DNA from: Candidatus Poriferihabitaceae bacterium
GTDB taxonomy: Bacteria > Pseudomonadota > Gammaproteobacteria > Arenicellales > Poriferihabitantaceae
NCBI GenBank assembly: GCA_965262585.1
Contig: OZ253546.1
Coordinates: 136,653-200,652 of the forward strand
Length of the DNA stretch: 64,000 bases
Direction: 5' to 3'
Shown piece by piece: positions 40,030 through 49,772 of the stretch (the first letter of the stretch is position 1; each line of letters opens with the position of its first letter). The notes under the pieces are model-generated. The model did not search any database, was not told the DNA's origin, and worked only from the letters and a program-made list of their open reading frames with translations. The position numbers and the translations under genes were made by a program.

Positions 40030-40872
40030 ATGCGACTTACTCTCGACACCGACACCATCGACTACTACGCCTACGCCGCCAATCACGCCGCCGAAGCAGA
40101 CCGCGATACCGTCGTATTTGTGCACGGTGCGGCGATGGATCATAGCGTGTGGGCGCATCAGAGCCGCTACTTCGCCTATCACGGCTACAATGTCGCGGCG
40201 GTGGATTTACCCGGGCATAACTTGAGCGGTGGCGAACTGCTCGGTGAAATCGCCGATATGGGGCAGTGGTTGCAGCGCATCATCGCCGCCTGCACCGGGC
40301 GGGCTTTTCATATCGTTGGCCACAGCATGGGCGCGTTGATTGCGTTGGAAGCGGCGGCTGGTCTTGTTGGTGAATCGGGGGCCGGCGAATCCACTTTGTT
40401 ACGCTCCCTGACTTTGGTTGGTTTCAGTTATCCCATGATGGTTGCGCCGCAGTTGCTGGAAGCCGCCGAGCACGACCCATCGACGGCGTATGAAATGATG
40501 ACCCAATGGAGCCACGCATCCAAAATCGGTGGCGAGCCGGTGCCGGGGTTTTGGTCGCCGGGTATGCAAATGAGCATGATGGAAAATAGCGCAACCGGGG
40601 CGGTGCTGGCGGATTTGCGCGCTTGTAATAACTATGCCGGTGGTGAATTTGCGTTTGCCGCTCTTGCCGACAAAAACTGCCCGACCTTGTTCATCAGCGG
40701 GCAACTGGATCGCATGGCACCCGCCAAACTCGCCAAAGCATTTGCCGACAAAAACGATAACGCCGAGGTCGTCTTGCTGCCCCACTGCGGCCACAACTTG
40801 ATGTCGGAATCGCCAGACGGCGTGTTGGACGAACTCAAACGTTTCATCGGACTGAACAAAGCGGCTGAATAG
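40030..40872 (+). CDS. Alpha/beta hydrolase.
   Basis: Motifs VVFVHGAAMDHSVW, the GHSMGALIALE nucleophile elbow and a C-terminal PHCGHNLM. Function unknown. Confidence 0.7.
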   Translation: MRLTLDTDTIDYYAYAANHAAEADRDTVVFVHGAAMDHSVWAHQSRYFAYHGYNVAAVDLPGHNLSGGELLGEIADMGQWLQRIIAACTGRAFHIVGHSMGALIALEAAAGLVGESGAGESTLLRSLTLVGFSYPMMVAPQLLEAAEHDPSTAYEMMTQWSHASKIGGEPVPGFWSPGMQMSMMENSATGAVLADLRACNNYAGGEFAFAALADKNCPTLFISGQLDRMAPAKLAKAFADKNDNAEVVLLPHCGHNLMSESPDGVLDELKRFIGLNKAAE

Positions 40873-40891
40873 CCACCGAACTTTCAATTCA

Positions 40892-42208
40892 ATGAAACCA
40901 GTTGACCAAATCATCATTCCGCGCTGGCTGATTCCGGTGGACGATGCGCAATCGGTGCTGGAAGATCACGCCGTGGCCATCACCGGCGACCGCATCGTGG
41001 CGCTGGATTCAACCGCCGCCATCCGCGCAGATTATCGCGCCACCACCGAAGTCACGCTCAGCGACCACGCGCTGTTGCCGGGCTTGGTCAACGCGCATAC
41101 CCACGCCGCCATGTCGCTGTTGCGCGGCTACGCCGACGACCTGCCGCTGATGGAATGGCTGACGAACCACATCTGGCCGGCGGAAGCCAAGTGGGTGGAC
41201 GCCCGGTTTGTGGAGGTTGGAACCGACCTCGCGCTGGCGGAGATGATCCGCAGCGGCACCACTTGCTTCAACGATATGTATTTTTTCCCCGAAGTGGCGG
41301 CGGCGCGGGCGCAAAACGCCGGTATGCGCGCCTGCATCGGCATGATCGTCATCGACTTCCCCTCGGCGTGGGCGCGGAACGCCGATGAATACATCAAAAA
41401 AGGCTTGGAATTGCGAGATGAAACGCGCCATTCGCCGCTCATCAGCACCGCGTTTGCGCCCCACGCACCGTATACCGTTTGCGATGCCGTCCTCGAAAAA
41501 ATCCGCGTGCTGGCGGATGAACTGGATTGCCGAATCCACATGCACATCCACGAGACCCGCCGGGAAATCGAAGAATCCAACGGCCATTATGGTATGCGTC
41601 CGTTGGAGCGGCTGGCGCAGTTGGAATTGGTCGGCCCGCGACTGACTGCGGTACACATGATCCACCTGCTTGACGGGGAAATCGAAACCATCGCCGAACG
41701 CGATGTAACCGTGGTGCATTGCCCGCAATCCAACCTCAAACTCGGCAACGGCTTATGCCCGGTGGCGAAACTCATGAGCAACGGCGTCCCGGTAGCCATC
41801 GGCACCGACAGCGCCGCCAGCAACAACGACCTCGACATGCTAAGCGAATTACAAACCGCCTCGCTGCTCGCCAAAGGCGTCGCCGAAAACCCATCAGCAC
41901 TACCCGCCCACGCCGCCCTACAAGCCGCCACCCTAACCGGCGCCCGCGCCCTCGGCCTAGAACACCTCATCGGCTCCCTACACCCCGGCAAAAAAGCCGA
42001 CCTCATCGCCGTCAACCTATCCGACTGCGCCACCCAACCGATATACCACCCCCTAAACCAAATCGCCTACAGCGCCACCCGCCAACAAATAACCGACCTC
42101 TGGGTAGGCGGAAACCGCCTCATGGAAAACCACCAATTAACCACTCTGGACGAAACCGAAATCGTACAAAAAGCAATGGAGTTTGGGCGGCGGATTCATG
42201 CTGGCTGA
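40892..42208 (+). CDS. mtaD: Amidohydrolase of the 5-methylthioadenosine/S-adenosylhomocysteine deaminase (MtaD/TRZ-ATZ) type.
   Basis: Motifs LLPGLVNAHTHAAMSLLRG.ADD.PLMEWL, HMHIHET and GTDSAASNN. Confidence 0.8.
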   Translation: MKPVDQIIIPRWLIPVDDAQSVLEDHAVAITGDRIVALDSTAAIRADYRATTEVTLSDHALLPGLVNAHTHAAMSLLRGYADDLPLMEWLTNHIWPAEAKWVDARFVEVGTDLALAEMIRSGTTCFNDMYFFPEVAAARAQNAGMRACIGMIVIDFPSAWARNADEYIKKGLELRDETRHSPLISTAFAPHAPYTVCDAVLEKIRVLADELDCRIHMHIHETRREIEESNGHYGMRPLERLAQLELVGPRLTAVHMIHLLDGEIETIAERDVTVVHCPQSNLKLGNGLCPVAKLMSNGVPVAIGTDSAASNNDLDMLSELQTASLLAKGVAENPSALPAHAALQAATLTGARALGLEHLIGSLHPGKKADLIAVNLSDCATQPIYHPLNQIAYSATRQQITDLWVGGNRLMENHQLTTLDETEIVQKAMEFGRRIHAG

Positions 42209-42800
42209 CAGCCGACTCGTTATTTAGTTCTCTGGATTCCCGATACGATGAAAAATAAGGTCGCTGGCGCTCCCTATTTTTCTATCGTTCGAGAATGACG
42301 ACGCGCCGCCGTCATTCTCGTGCCGCCAAGTCGTTATTTCCGCGACAGCGGGAATGACGAGTTGGGGGACACGGGAATCCAGTGAGACATGCCGGCGATA
42401 GCCGACTCCCCAGGCCCGTCATTCTCGCGAAAGCGGGAATCCAGTAAAACATGCCGGCGAATGCCGACTCCCTACGCCGTCATTCTCGCGAAAGCGGGAA
42501 TCCAGTGAAACATGTCCGGCGAGATCCGACTCATTATTAGCCTTCTGGATTCCCGATACGATGAAAAATATAGTCGCTGGCGCTCCTTATTTTTCTATCG
42601 TTCGAGAATGACGACCTTGCGAGATCCGACTCCTTATTAGCCTTCTGGATTCCCGATACGATGAAAAATATGGTCGCTGGCGCTCCCTATTTTTCTATCG
42701 TTCGAGAATGACGGCGGCTGGCGCTCCCTATTTTTCTATCGTTCGGGAATGACGACCTTGCGATAGCCGACTCATTATTTATCATTCGGGAATGACGGAC
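42205..42800 (+). repeat. Mosaic hairpin-repeat array R9.
   Basis: Three full A-units plus partial units, one B-unit and two C-units. It starts at the mtaD stop and ends at the DUF4276 gene stop. Confidence 0.9.
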
Positions 42801-42801
42801 T

Positions 42802-43377
42802 TTAATACCCCTTTATTCCTAAATTTCTAACGCCGGTTATCATGTGGTGAAAACTGGTTGATGTGTTGTTGTTTATGTCCATATGTTGAGGCATTATTCT
42901 TGCCGCTGCGGTTTTGTCAAATCCGGTGACGATTCTTTTTAATTGTTCACTTGGTTTGACTATGTCGTCCGGGACTCGGTATTTTCTCTTGTGTTTATAT
43001 TGAGCGGCACGAAATCGCGGAAACGCCAGTTGCACGGCATCGAGATCACCAAAATACCACGCCTCTAATTCCCGGCAGACGATTCGAATCAAGGGAGTAT
43101 GTGAATTGGACACCGAACACAATTCTTGCAATTCGCTTTTGAGTGACACACAATCATGGTTATCCTGATCATGCAGAATAATAAAAAAAGCATTAGGATC
43201 ACGCCAAGCCCTGAGTTTGAGCGGAATTGATTTTTGTAAATCACCTTTTCCTTGATGCGTAATATATTGTACTGTTACATCTGGCGGAAGAATTTTAGGC
43301 ATCAACACTTCAAGAAGATGCTTGGCGGACTCCTCTTCCAGCATAAAAACAAGGTGCCTTGGCGTGGTGTCAGTCAT
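42802..43377 (-). CDS. DUF4276-like protein with Toprim-like motifs.
   Basis: N-terminal strand plus acidic cluster LVFMLEEES. Central FIILHDQDN (DxD). RELEAWYFGD, which resembles the ELEAW signature I associate with DUF4276. The ATG overlaps the upstream ATPase stop (ATGA). Confidence 0.65.
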   Translation of the reverse strand: MTDTTPRHLVFMLEEESAKHLLEVLMPKILPPDVTVQYITHQGKGDLQKSIPLKLRAWRDPNAFFIILHDQDNHDCVSLKSELQELCSVSNSHTPLIRIVCRELEAWYFGDLDAVQLAFPRFRAAQYKHKRKYRVPDDIVKPSEQLKRIVTGFDKTAAARIMPQHMDINNNTSTSFHHMITGVRNLGIKGY

Positions 43378-44564
43378 GCGTCAAGGTTGTCAAATTCGAG
43401 TAAGTCCTGTCGCCACAGCCAGCCCAATTTGTCCCCGGCATCAATCAACGCATTGATTTGCTCATTCTCTGAAAGCGGATAAATTGTCGTTACACCTTCT
43501 TTCTTTTTCAACCAAAAAGCGTTGCCAATCTCCACATAATTCAGCACATCAGGCGAATGCGTGGAAACAAACACCTGTCCGCCACGAGTTGCATAATCGC
43601 GCAGTTCTTCAACCAGCACGCCGAGCAATTTCGGATACAGTTGGTTTTCCGGCTCTTCAATACACAAAAACGGATGTGGTTTTGGATCGTGTAACAACAC
43701 CAGATAAGCAAATATTTTGATGGTGCCGTCCGACACATAGCGGGCAATGAATGGATCCTTAAAAGTGCCGTCTTGAAAACGCAACAACACATGACCGTCT
43801 GCAGTAATATCGGTAGTTACTTTGGACATGCCGGGAATTCTTTCCTGGAATTTCTTCAGAATTTTATCGAAGGTTGGGCGATCATTCTCATACAAATTTT
43901 GGACAACCAACGGCAGGTTATCACCGCTTTCCGACAAATGTTCAGCAACTCCGACTTCTACCCGTTGGCGGGCGGCCATAATATGGAAATCGGAAACATG
44001 CCAATTCTCAATCAAACTGCGGAAAGCATTTGCCGCCTTAAATCGCTGAAACTGTCCAAGCCCTTTAATCGCGAGTATGTCGTGCGAATCCAATGACTGA
44101 TAATCTTTTATCAAGTCTTCATCTGTACTAAGACGATCCTCATTCCTAATGGCAAATCCTTCGCCTTCCTTGAAATCGAGAAAGTGAAAAGGCGATCCAT
44201 GGCTACTACGTTTGTAGCGCAAAATCTCGCGGCGTATAACAGGTGATCCGTTTTTATCTACAGCGATTTCCAAGTGGTAGGTGACCAGTCGTTTCACTTC
44301 CGCGATTAACATTCGAAATTGAATTTCGATAACAATCGACTCATTCACATGGCCGCGAGTAACAACCTCTTTGTAGCCTCCCATCTTTTGCAGGGCAACA
44401 CTGACATTGTTTTGCAATGCGTCCTTCAAAAAACCAAAAACTTGAAAAAGGGTTGATTTACCGCTGCCGTTTTCGCCCATAAAAACCGCAAACGATGGAA
44501 TATCGCATAACTCAACATCGTGCAAAGCACGAAAATTTTGCAGGTGGATGCGTTCAATTTTCAT
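43374..44564 (-). CDS. ABC-type (SMC/RecF-like, AAA_21/AAA_15-type) ATPase.
   Basis: Motifs IHLQNFRAL...FMGENGSGKST (Walker A), VSDGTIKIFAYL (signature-like), FLCIEEPENQLYP (Walker B/D-loop) and VFVSTHSP (H-loop). Confidence 0.8.
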   Translation of the reverse strand: MKIERIHLQNFRALHDVELCDIPSFAVFMGENGSGKSTLFQVFGFLKDALQNNVSVALQKMGGYKEVVTRGHVNESIVIEIQFRMLIAEVKRLVTYHLEIAVDKNGSPVIRREILRYKRSSHGSPFHFLDFKEGEGFAIRNEDRLSTDEDLIKDYQSLDSHDILAIKGLGQFQRFKAANAFRSLIENWHVSDFHIMAARQRVEVGVAEHLSESGDNLPLVVQNLYENDRPTFDKILKKFQERIPGMSKVTTDITADGHVLLRFQDGTFKDPFIARYVSDGTIKIFAYLVLLHDPKPHPFLCIEEPENQLYPKLLGVLVEELRDYATRGGQVFVSTHSPDVLNYVEIGNAFWLKKKEGVTTIYPLSENEQINALIDAGDKLGWLWRQDLLEFDNLDA

Positions 44565-44706
44565 TAAATCCCCCCCACCGCATTTAAATCACGATAATCC
44601 CGTGCCGTTTTTTTGCTAGTTGTTTGTGACATTGGGGGATTTTACGACAAATTGAAGGTAAACTCTTGGGTTGGCGGGGGAAACAGTGGAATGCGGTGGT
44701 ATTTTA

Positions 44707-45531
44707 ATGAGCAATCAACAAGACAATCAATCCGAAACCAACGAAACCGACCACAACCACAACGTCGACCCGGCGGAAATTCATAAGTTTGGGCAAATGG
44801 CTTCGCGGTGGTGGGATCCGGAAGGGCAGTTTAAGCCGTTGCATGAGATCAATCCGTTGCGGCTTGATTTTATTGATCGGCATTCGGCGTTGGCGGGGAA
44901 GAGGGTGTTGGATGTGGGGTGTGGTGGCGGTATATTGGCGGAGGCGATGGCGTTGCGGGGGGCTGAGGTGACTGGCATCGATATGGGCGAGGCGCCGTTG
45001 GAGGTGGCGCGGTTGCATGCGTTGGAAAGTGGTGTCAGCGTGGCGTATCGGCAAATCACCGCCGAAGCCCTTGCCGCCGAACAATCCACCGAACAATCCA
45101 CCGAACAATCCGCCGAACAATCCACCAAACAATCCGCAAAACAATCCGCGAAAAAAACCGACACGCCAACGCAATGGGACATCGTTTGCTGCCTTGAATT
45201 GCTCGAACATGTCCCCGATCCGGCAAGCGTGGTGTCGGCTTGTGCGGACTTGGTGAAGCCCGGCGGGGCGGTGTATTTTTCCACCATCAACCGCAATCCG
45301 AAATCATTTCTGATGGCGATAGTTGGCGCGGAGTATGTGCTTAACTTGCTGCCCAAAGGCACGCATCAATACGAGAAATTAATCCGCCCACGGGAACTCT
45401 GTAATTGGTGCCAAAGTGCCAACTTGAACATCACCGAAATCACCGGCATGCACTACAACCCCCTCAATCAAACCTATTCCCTGGGCCCCGGCGTGGATGT
45501 AAATTATCTCGTGTTCGGCACTAAAACCTGA
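44707..45531 (+). CDS. ubiG: Ubiquinone biosynthesis O-methyltransferase with an internal repeat insertion.
   Basis: Motifs [29 protein letters not shown] motif [13 protein letters not shown] and [11 protein letters not shown]. The (EQST)n insertion is described separately. Confidence 0.9.
   Translation: MSNQQDNQSETNETDHNHNVDPAEIHKFGQMASRWWDPEGQFKPLHEINPLRLDFIDRHSALAGKRVLDVGCGGGILAEAMALRGAEVTGIDMGEAPLEVARLHALESGVSVAYRQITAEALAAEQSTEQSTEQSAEQSTKQSAKQSAKKTDTPTQWDIVCCLELLEHVPDPASVVSACADLVKPGGAVYFSTINRNPKSFLMAIVGAEYVLNLLPKGTHQYEKLIRPRELCNWCQSANLNITEITGMHYNPLNQTYSLGPGVDVNYLVFGTKT
45079..45150 (+). repeat. In-frame 12-bp tandem repeat x6 inside ubiG (GAACAATCCACC and variants).
   Basis: Copies start at 45079, 45091, 45103, 45115, 45127 and 45139. 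They encode [24 protein letters not shown]. Confidence 0.9.
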
Positions 45532-45534
45532 TTC

Positions 45535-46212
45535 GTGACTGCCGACATTGACACCGTTTTGTTCGATTTGGACGGCACCCTGCTGGATACCGCCCGCGAC
45601 TTTGCGAATGCCCTCAACGTCGTTTTAACCCGCAACGACTGCCAGCCGCTGCCGCCGGAAGTGGTGCGGCCCCATGTATCCAAAGGGGGCATGGCGCTGA
45701 TTTGTCTGGGGTTCGATGTGGTTGCCAACAGCGAACCGGCGGAGCAACTTTATCGGCAATTGCTCGAGGTGTATCGACAAGATTTGTGCACCCACACTCG
45801 CCTATTCCCCGGAATGGAATCGCTGCTGAAGTATATCGATGGCAGCGACCGCCGCTTCGGAGTGGTCACCAATAAACCGGCTTTTTTGAGCGAACCTTTG
45901 CTGCGCGACTTGAACCTGATGCCGCGCATGGCGTGCGTGGTGAGTGGCGATACGCTGGACAAAAAAAAGCCCTGGCCCGACCAGTTGCTGCATGCCTGCC
46001 GGATAATCGGCGGCAGCGTGACGCAAGCGGTTTATGTCGGCGACGATGCGCGGGATATCGAATCCGGCCGCCGGGCGGGCATGCGCACCGTGGCCGCCGC
46101 CTACGGTTATATCCTGCCGGAGGACGACCCACACAAATGGGGTGCGGATGCCGTGGTCGAGCATCCCGATGAAATTCAGCAGTGGCTGGAGCGGGAATGC
46201 CCAAGTCCGTGA
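45535..46212 (+). CDS. gph: HAD-IA hydrolase, phosphoglycolate phosphatase-like (Gph/MupP-type).
   Basis: Motifs FDLDGTLLDT, VTNKP and VGDDARDIESGRRAGM. GTG start. The ubiG-adjacent position is typical of this family. Confidence 0.75.
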   Translation: MTADIDTVLFDLDGTLLDTARDFANALNVVLTRNDCQPLPPEVVRPHVSKGGMALICLGFDVVANSEPAEQLYRQLLEVYRQDLCTHTRLFPGMESLLKYIDGSDRRFGVVTNKPAFLSEPLLRDLNLMPRMACVVSGDTLDKKKPWPDQLLHACRIIGGSVTQAVYVGDDARDIESGRRAGMRTVAAAYGYILPEDDPHKWGADAVVEHPDEIQQWLERECPSP

Positions 46213-46244
46213 TGAAACGCGCATGACACGCGCATAAACTGCGC

Positions 46245-47108
46245 ATGATCCATTCATTGCCCGACCCGCAATCCGCTTCGCAATGGTGCGCAGCGCAACG
46301 CACTCGCCACCGCACCATCGGCTATGTTGCCACCATGGGCGCGTTGCATCGCGGCCATCTTTCGTTGCTGGAGCGGGCGGTGCGGGAAAACCCGGCAACC
46401 TGCGCGAGTATCTTTGTCAATCCCCTGCAATTCAACAATCCAGACGACCTAAAAAATTATCCGCAAGACCGGGAACGAGACCTCGCCCTCTTGGAAGAAG
46501 CCGGTTGCGACATGGTCTATAGCGGAACGCTTGCCGAATTTTTCCCGGAAGTTGCCGACCTGAACGCCATCCGCCCCGGCAATCCGTGCCACGCCGCGCA
46601 TGGCTTGGAAGGCGTGTTTCGTCCCGGCCACTTGCCCGGCGTGTGCGCCATCGTCGAGCGGTTGTTCGCCACAGTCGGCCCCTGCAACGCCTACTTCGGT
46701 GAAAAAGATTTTCAGCAGACGCTGGTCATCCAAGACCTCGCCAAACAACTACCCGGCATCCGCGTCATCGTCTGCCCGACTGTGCGCGAATCGTCGGGCC
46801 TCGCCATGTCATCCCGCAATCGGCAGATGGATGAAGAACAACAAGCCGTCTCGACAAAAATTTATCAGGCTTTATTAGCCGCCAAAGCGTCATGGCAATC
46901 TGGCATTCGCCGCGCCGAGCCACTGGAACATGCCATGCACCGCTGCTTAAACCATGCGCGCCTTCGCGTTGAATACGCCGCGATTCGCGACCCCGAAAAC
47001 TGGAGCGCAAACTCACCCCACGGCGACTTAAAGCAAGCGCGAGCGTTGGTTGCCGCTTGGGTGGATGATGTGCGGCTGATTGATACTCTCAGTATGGATG
47101 ACCATTAA
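46245..47108 (+). CDS. panC: Pantoate-beta-alanine ligase.
   Basis: Motifs TMGALHRGHLSL (HxGH), IFVNPLQFN, GEKDFQQ and SSRN. Confidence 0.9.
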   Translation: MIHSLPDPQSASQWCAAQRTRHRTIGYVATMGALHRGHLSLLERAVRENPATCASIFVNPLQFNNPDDLKNYPQDRERDLALLEEAGCDMVYSGTLAEFFPEVADLNAIRPGNPCHAAHGLEGVFRPGHLPGVCAIVERLFATVGPCNAYFGEKDFQQTLVIQDLAKQLPGIRVIVCPTVRESSGLAMSSRNRQMDEEQQAVSTKIYQALLAAKASWQSGIRRAEPLEHAMHRCLNHARLRVEYAAIRDPENWSANSPHGDLKQARALVAAWVDDVRLIDTLSMDDH

Positions 47109-47127
47109 CCACCACCAACCGCCGCCA

Positions 47128-48282
47128 TCAAGGCAACGACTTCCCCCGGCGGATGGTGGATTTTCCATAGCGTTTTTTGATTTCATCGGTGAGTTCATCC
47201 AGCACTTTTTGTTTCGCGCGGCGATCCGATTGGAACAAATCGGCCTGAACGGTTTCGGGTTGCTCGAAGTTGCTCACGCCAACCCCAATCAGGCGCACCG
47301 AAAATTTTCCGCCCGCCAATTCCTTGCGCAACAACGCCGAGGCGAGATGCCAAATATCGTCGGTGACATTGCTCGCTTGTGCGAGACTGCGGGCGCGGGT
47401 GATGGTGGAAAAATCCTCAAAGCGGATTTTGAGGGTGACCGTTCTGCCGCTGAGATCCGCCTGCCGTAGGCGGTAACAAACCCCTTCGGTCAGATCGAGG
47501 GCGGTGGCTTGAAGAACATCGAGGGCGGCGATGTCCACGGCAAAAGTGGTCTCATGAGAAACGGATTTGACTTCGCTATCGGGAGTCACCTTTCGCTCAT
47601 CCAAGCCATGTGCCAACTGCCACAAACGCTCGCCATGCTGTCCGAATTCACCCTTGAGCCAGTCCGCCGAAGACTGCCGCAACTGCAACACGCTGTGGAT
47701 ACCGGCGCGGTTGAGCCGGGCTTTAGCGGCTTTGCCCACGCCCCATATACGCTCCACCGGCAAGCCATCGAGAAACGCCTGCGCCTGCTGTGGATGGATG
47801 ACCGTAAAGCCGTCCGGCTTGCCGGCATCGCTCGCCAGTTTCGCCAAAAACTTATTGGAAGCCACGCCCACCGAAGCCACCAAACCAAGTTCGGCGCGAA
47901 TGTCCGCCTTGATAGCGTGGCCGATTTGCTCGGCATCGCCATGCAGCCGTTCGCTACCCGCCGGGTCGAGGAACGCCTCATCCAACGACAACGGCTCGAC
48001 CAGTGGCGTATAGCGATTGAAAATTGCGCGGATTTGCACCGCCACCTCAGCATACAAAGCACCCCGTGGCGGAATAATCAACAACTGCGGGCATAACCTC
48101 ACCGCCCTGCTACTCGGCATAGCACTATAAACCCCAAACTTCCGCGCCACATAATTAGCCGCCGCCACCACCCCCCGCCCATCCGCCCGCCCCCCAACCA
48201 CCACCGGCCTACCCCGCAACTCCGGCCTCTCCCGCTCCTCCACCGAAGCATAAAACGCATCCATATCAATGTGTAAAATCAA
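47128..48282 (-). CDS. dinB: DNA polymerase IV.
   Basis: Motifs ILHIDMDAFYASVEER, SLDEAFLD and GVASNKFLAKLASD. Apparent TTG start at 48282, directly abutting a repeat element. Confidence 0.9.
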   Translation of the reverse strand: MILHIDMDAFYASVEERERPELRGRPVVVGGRADGRGVVAAANYVARKFGVYSAMPSSRAVRLCPQLLIIPPRGALYAEVAVQIRAIFNRYTPLVEPLSLDEAFLDPAGSERLHGDAEQIGHAIKADIRAELGLVASVGVASNKFLAKLASDAGKPDGFTVIHPQQAQAFLDGLPVERIWGVGKAAKARLNRAGIHSVLQLRQSSADWLKGEFGQHGERLWQLAHGLDERKVTPDSEVKSVSHETTFAVDIAALDVLQATALDLTEGVCYRLRQADLSGRTVTLKIRFEDFSTITRARSLAQASNVTDDIWHLASALLRKELAGGKFSVRLIGVGVSNFEQPETVQADLFQSDRRAKQKVLDELTDEIKKRYGKSTIRRGKSLP

Positions 48283-49770
48283 CGAGAATAAAGGGGTCAG
48301 TGTGAATTAAATTGATTATACGGCGAGGAAGGGATGAAGTGCGTCATTCCCGAACGATAGAAAAATAAGGAGCGGTAGCGACTATATTTTTCATCGTATC
48401 GGGAATCCAGAGAAAACAATCCGGCGCCAGCCGCTCCTTACATGTTGTACTGGATTCCCGCTTTCGCGGGAATAACGGCATGGGGAGTCGGCTATCGCAA
48501 GGCCGTCATTCTCGAACGATAGAAAAATAGGGAGCGCCAGCGACCATATTTTTCATCGTATCGGGAATCCAGAAGGCTAATAATGAGTCGGCTATCGCCG
48601 CACATGTTGTACTGGATTCCCGCTTTCGCGAGAATAACGGCGTAGGGAGTCGGCTGTCGCAAGGCCGTCATTCTCGAACGATAGAAAAATAAGGAGCGCC
48701 AGCGACTATATTTTTCATCGTATCGGGAATCCAGAAGGCTAATAATGAGTCGGATCTCGCCGCACATGTCTCACTGGATTCCCGCTTTCGCGAGAATAAC
48801 GGCGTAGGGAGTCGGCATTCGCCGGCATGTTTTACTGGATTCCCGTGTCCCCCAAGTCGTCATTCCCGCTGTCGCGTGAATAACGACTTGGCGGCACGAG
48901 AATGACGAGTCTGGGAGTCCTCATCGACAAACGAGGAATATCAAAAGTGCGTCATTCCCGAACGATAGAAAAATAAGGAGCGCCAGCGACCATATTTTTC
49001 ATCGTATCGGGAATCCAGTTAAACAAACCCGGCGCAGCCGCACATTATTAAGGACGGGCACGGGGGCGCGGGAATAACGACTTGGCGGCACGAGAATGAC
49101 GGCGTAGGGAGCGGCTATCGCCGGACATGTTGAGAATAAAGGGGTCAGTGTGAATTAAATTGATTATACGGCCGGGAAGGATAGGGGTTTATCTAATTCA
49201 CACTGACCCCTTTATTCCATCCGCAAACAAGGAAAATCAAAAGTGCGTCATTCCCGAACGATAGAAAAATAGGGAGCGCCAGCGACTATATTTTTCATCG
49301 TATCGGGAATCCAGTAAAACAATCCGGCGACAGCCGCTCCTCGCCGTTATTCCCGAATAAGGAGCGGCTGTGCCGACATGTTTCACTGGATTCCCGTGTC
49401 CCCAAGTCGTCATCCCCGCTGTCGCGTGAATGACGACTTGGGGCACGAGAATGACGGCGTCGCGCCAGCGACCTTATTTTTCATCGTATCGGGAATCCAG
49501 TTAAACAATCCGGCGACAGCCGCTCCTCGCCGTTATTCCCGAATAAGGAGCGGCTGTGCCGACATGTTTCACTGGATTCCCGTGTCCCCAACTCGTCATC
49601 CCCGCTGTCGCGTGAATGACGACTTGGGGCACGAGAATGACGGCGTCGCGCCAGCGACCATATTTTTCATCGTATCGGGAATCCAGTTAAACAAACCCGG
49701 CGCAGCCGCACATTATTAAGGACGGGCACGGGGGCGCGGGAATAACGACTTGGGGGCGCGAGAATGACGG
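48283..49770 (-). repeat. Mosaic hairpin-repeat array R10 (about 7 A-units), containing two copies of a different 40-bp element.
   Basis: Inverted A-, B-, C- and D-units. GAGAATAAAGGGGTCAGTGTGAATTAAATTGATTATACGG occurs at 48284-48323 and 49132-49171. Confidence 0.9.
49134..49217. mobile_element. MITE-like 84-bp element with perfect 24-bp terminal inverted repeats.
   Basis: GAATAAAGGGGTCAGTGTGAATTA at 49134-49157 and its exact reverse complement at 49194-49217, separated by a 36-bp spacer. A solo left arm lies at 48286-48309. Confidence 0.5.
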
Positions 49771-49772
49771 GT

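Noticed and set aside
49158-49193. Similarity between the spacer of the 84-bp inverted-repeat element (GATTATACGGCCGGGAAGGATAGGGG) and the putative CRISPR repeat (GATTATACAGGGGGGAATAGGCAG), considered as a tracrRNA anti-repeat or a sign of common origin.
   Set aside because: The similarity covers only the promoter-like end of the repeat, not the 5' part that pairs with tracrRNA in type II systems. It is short and gapped, and may be chance or reflect a shared TATAAT-containing motif.
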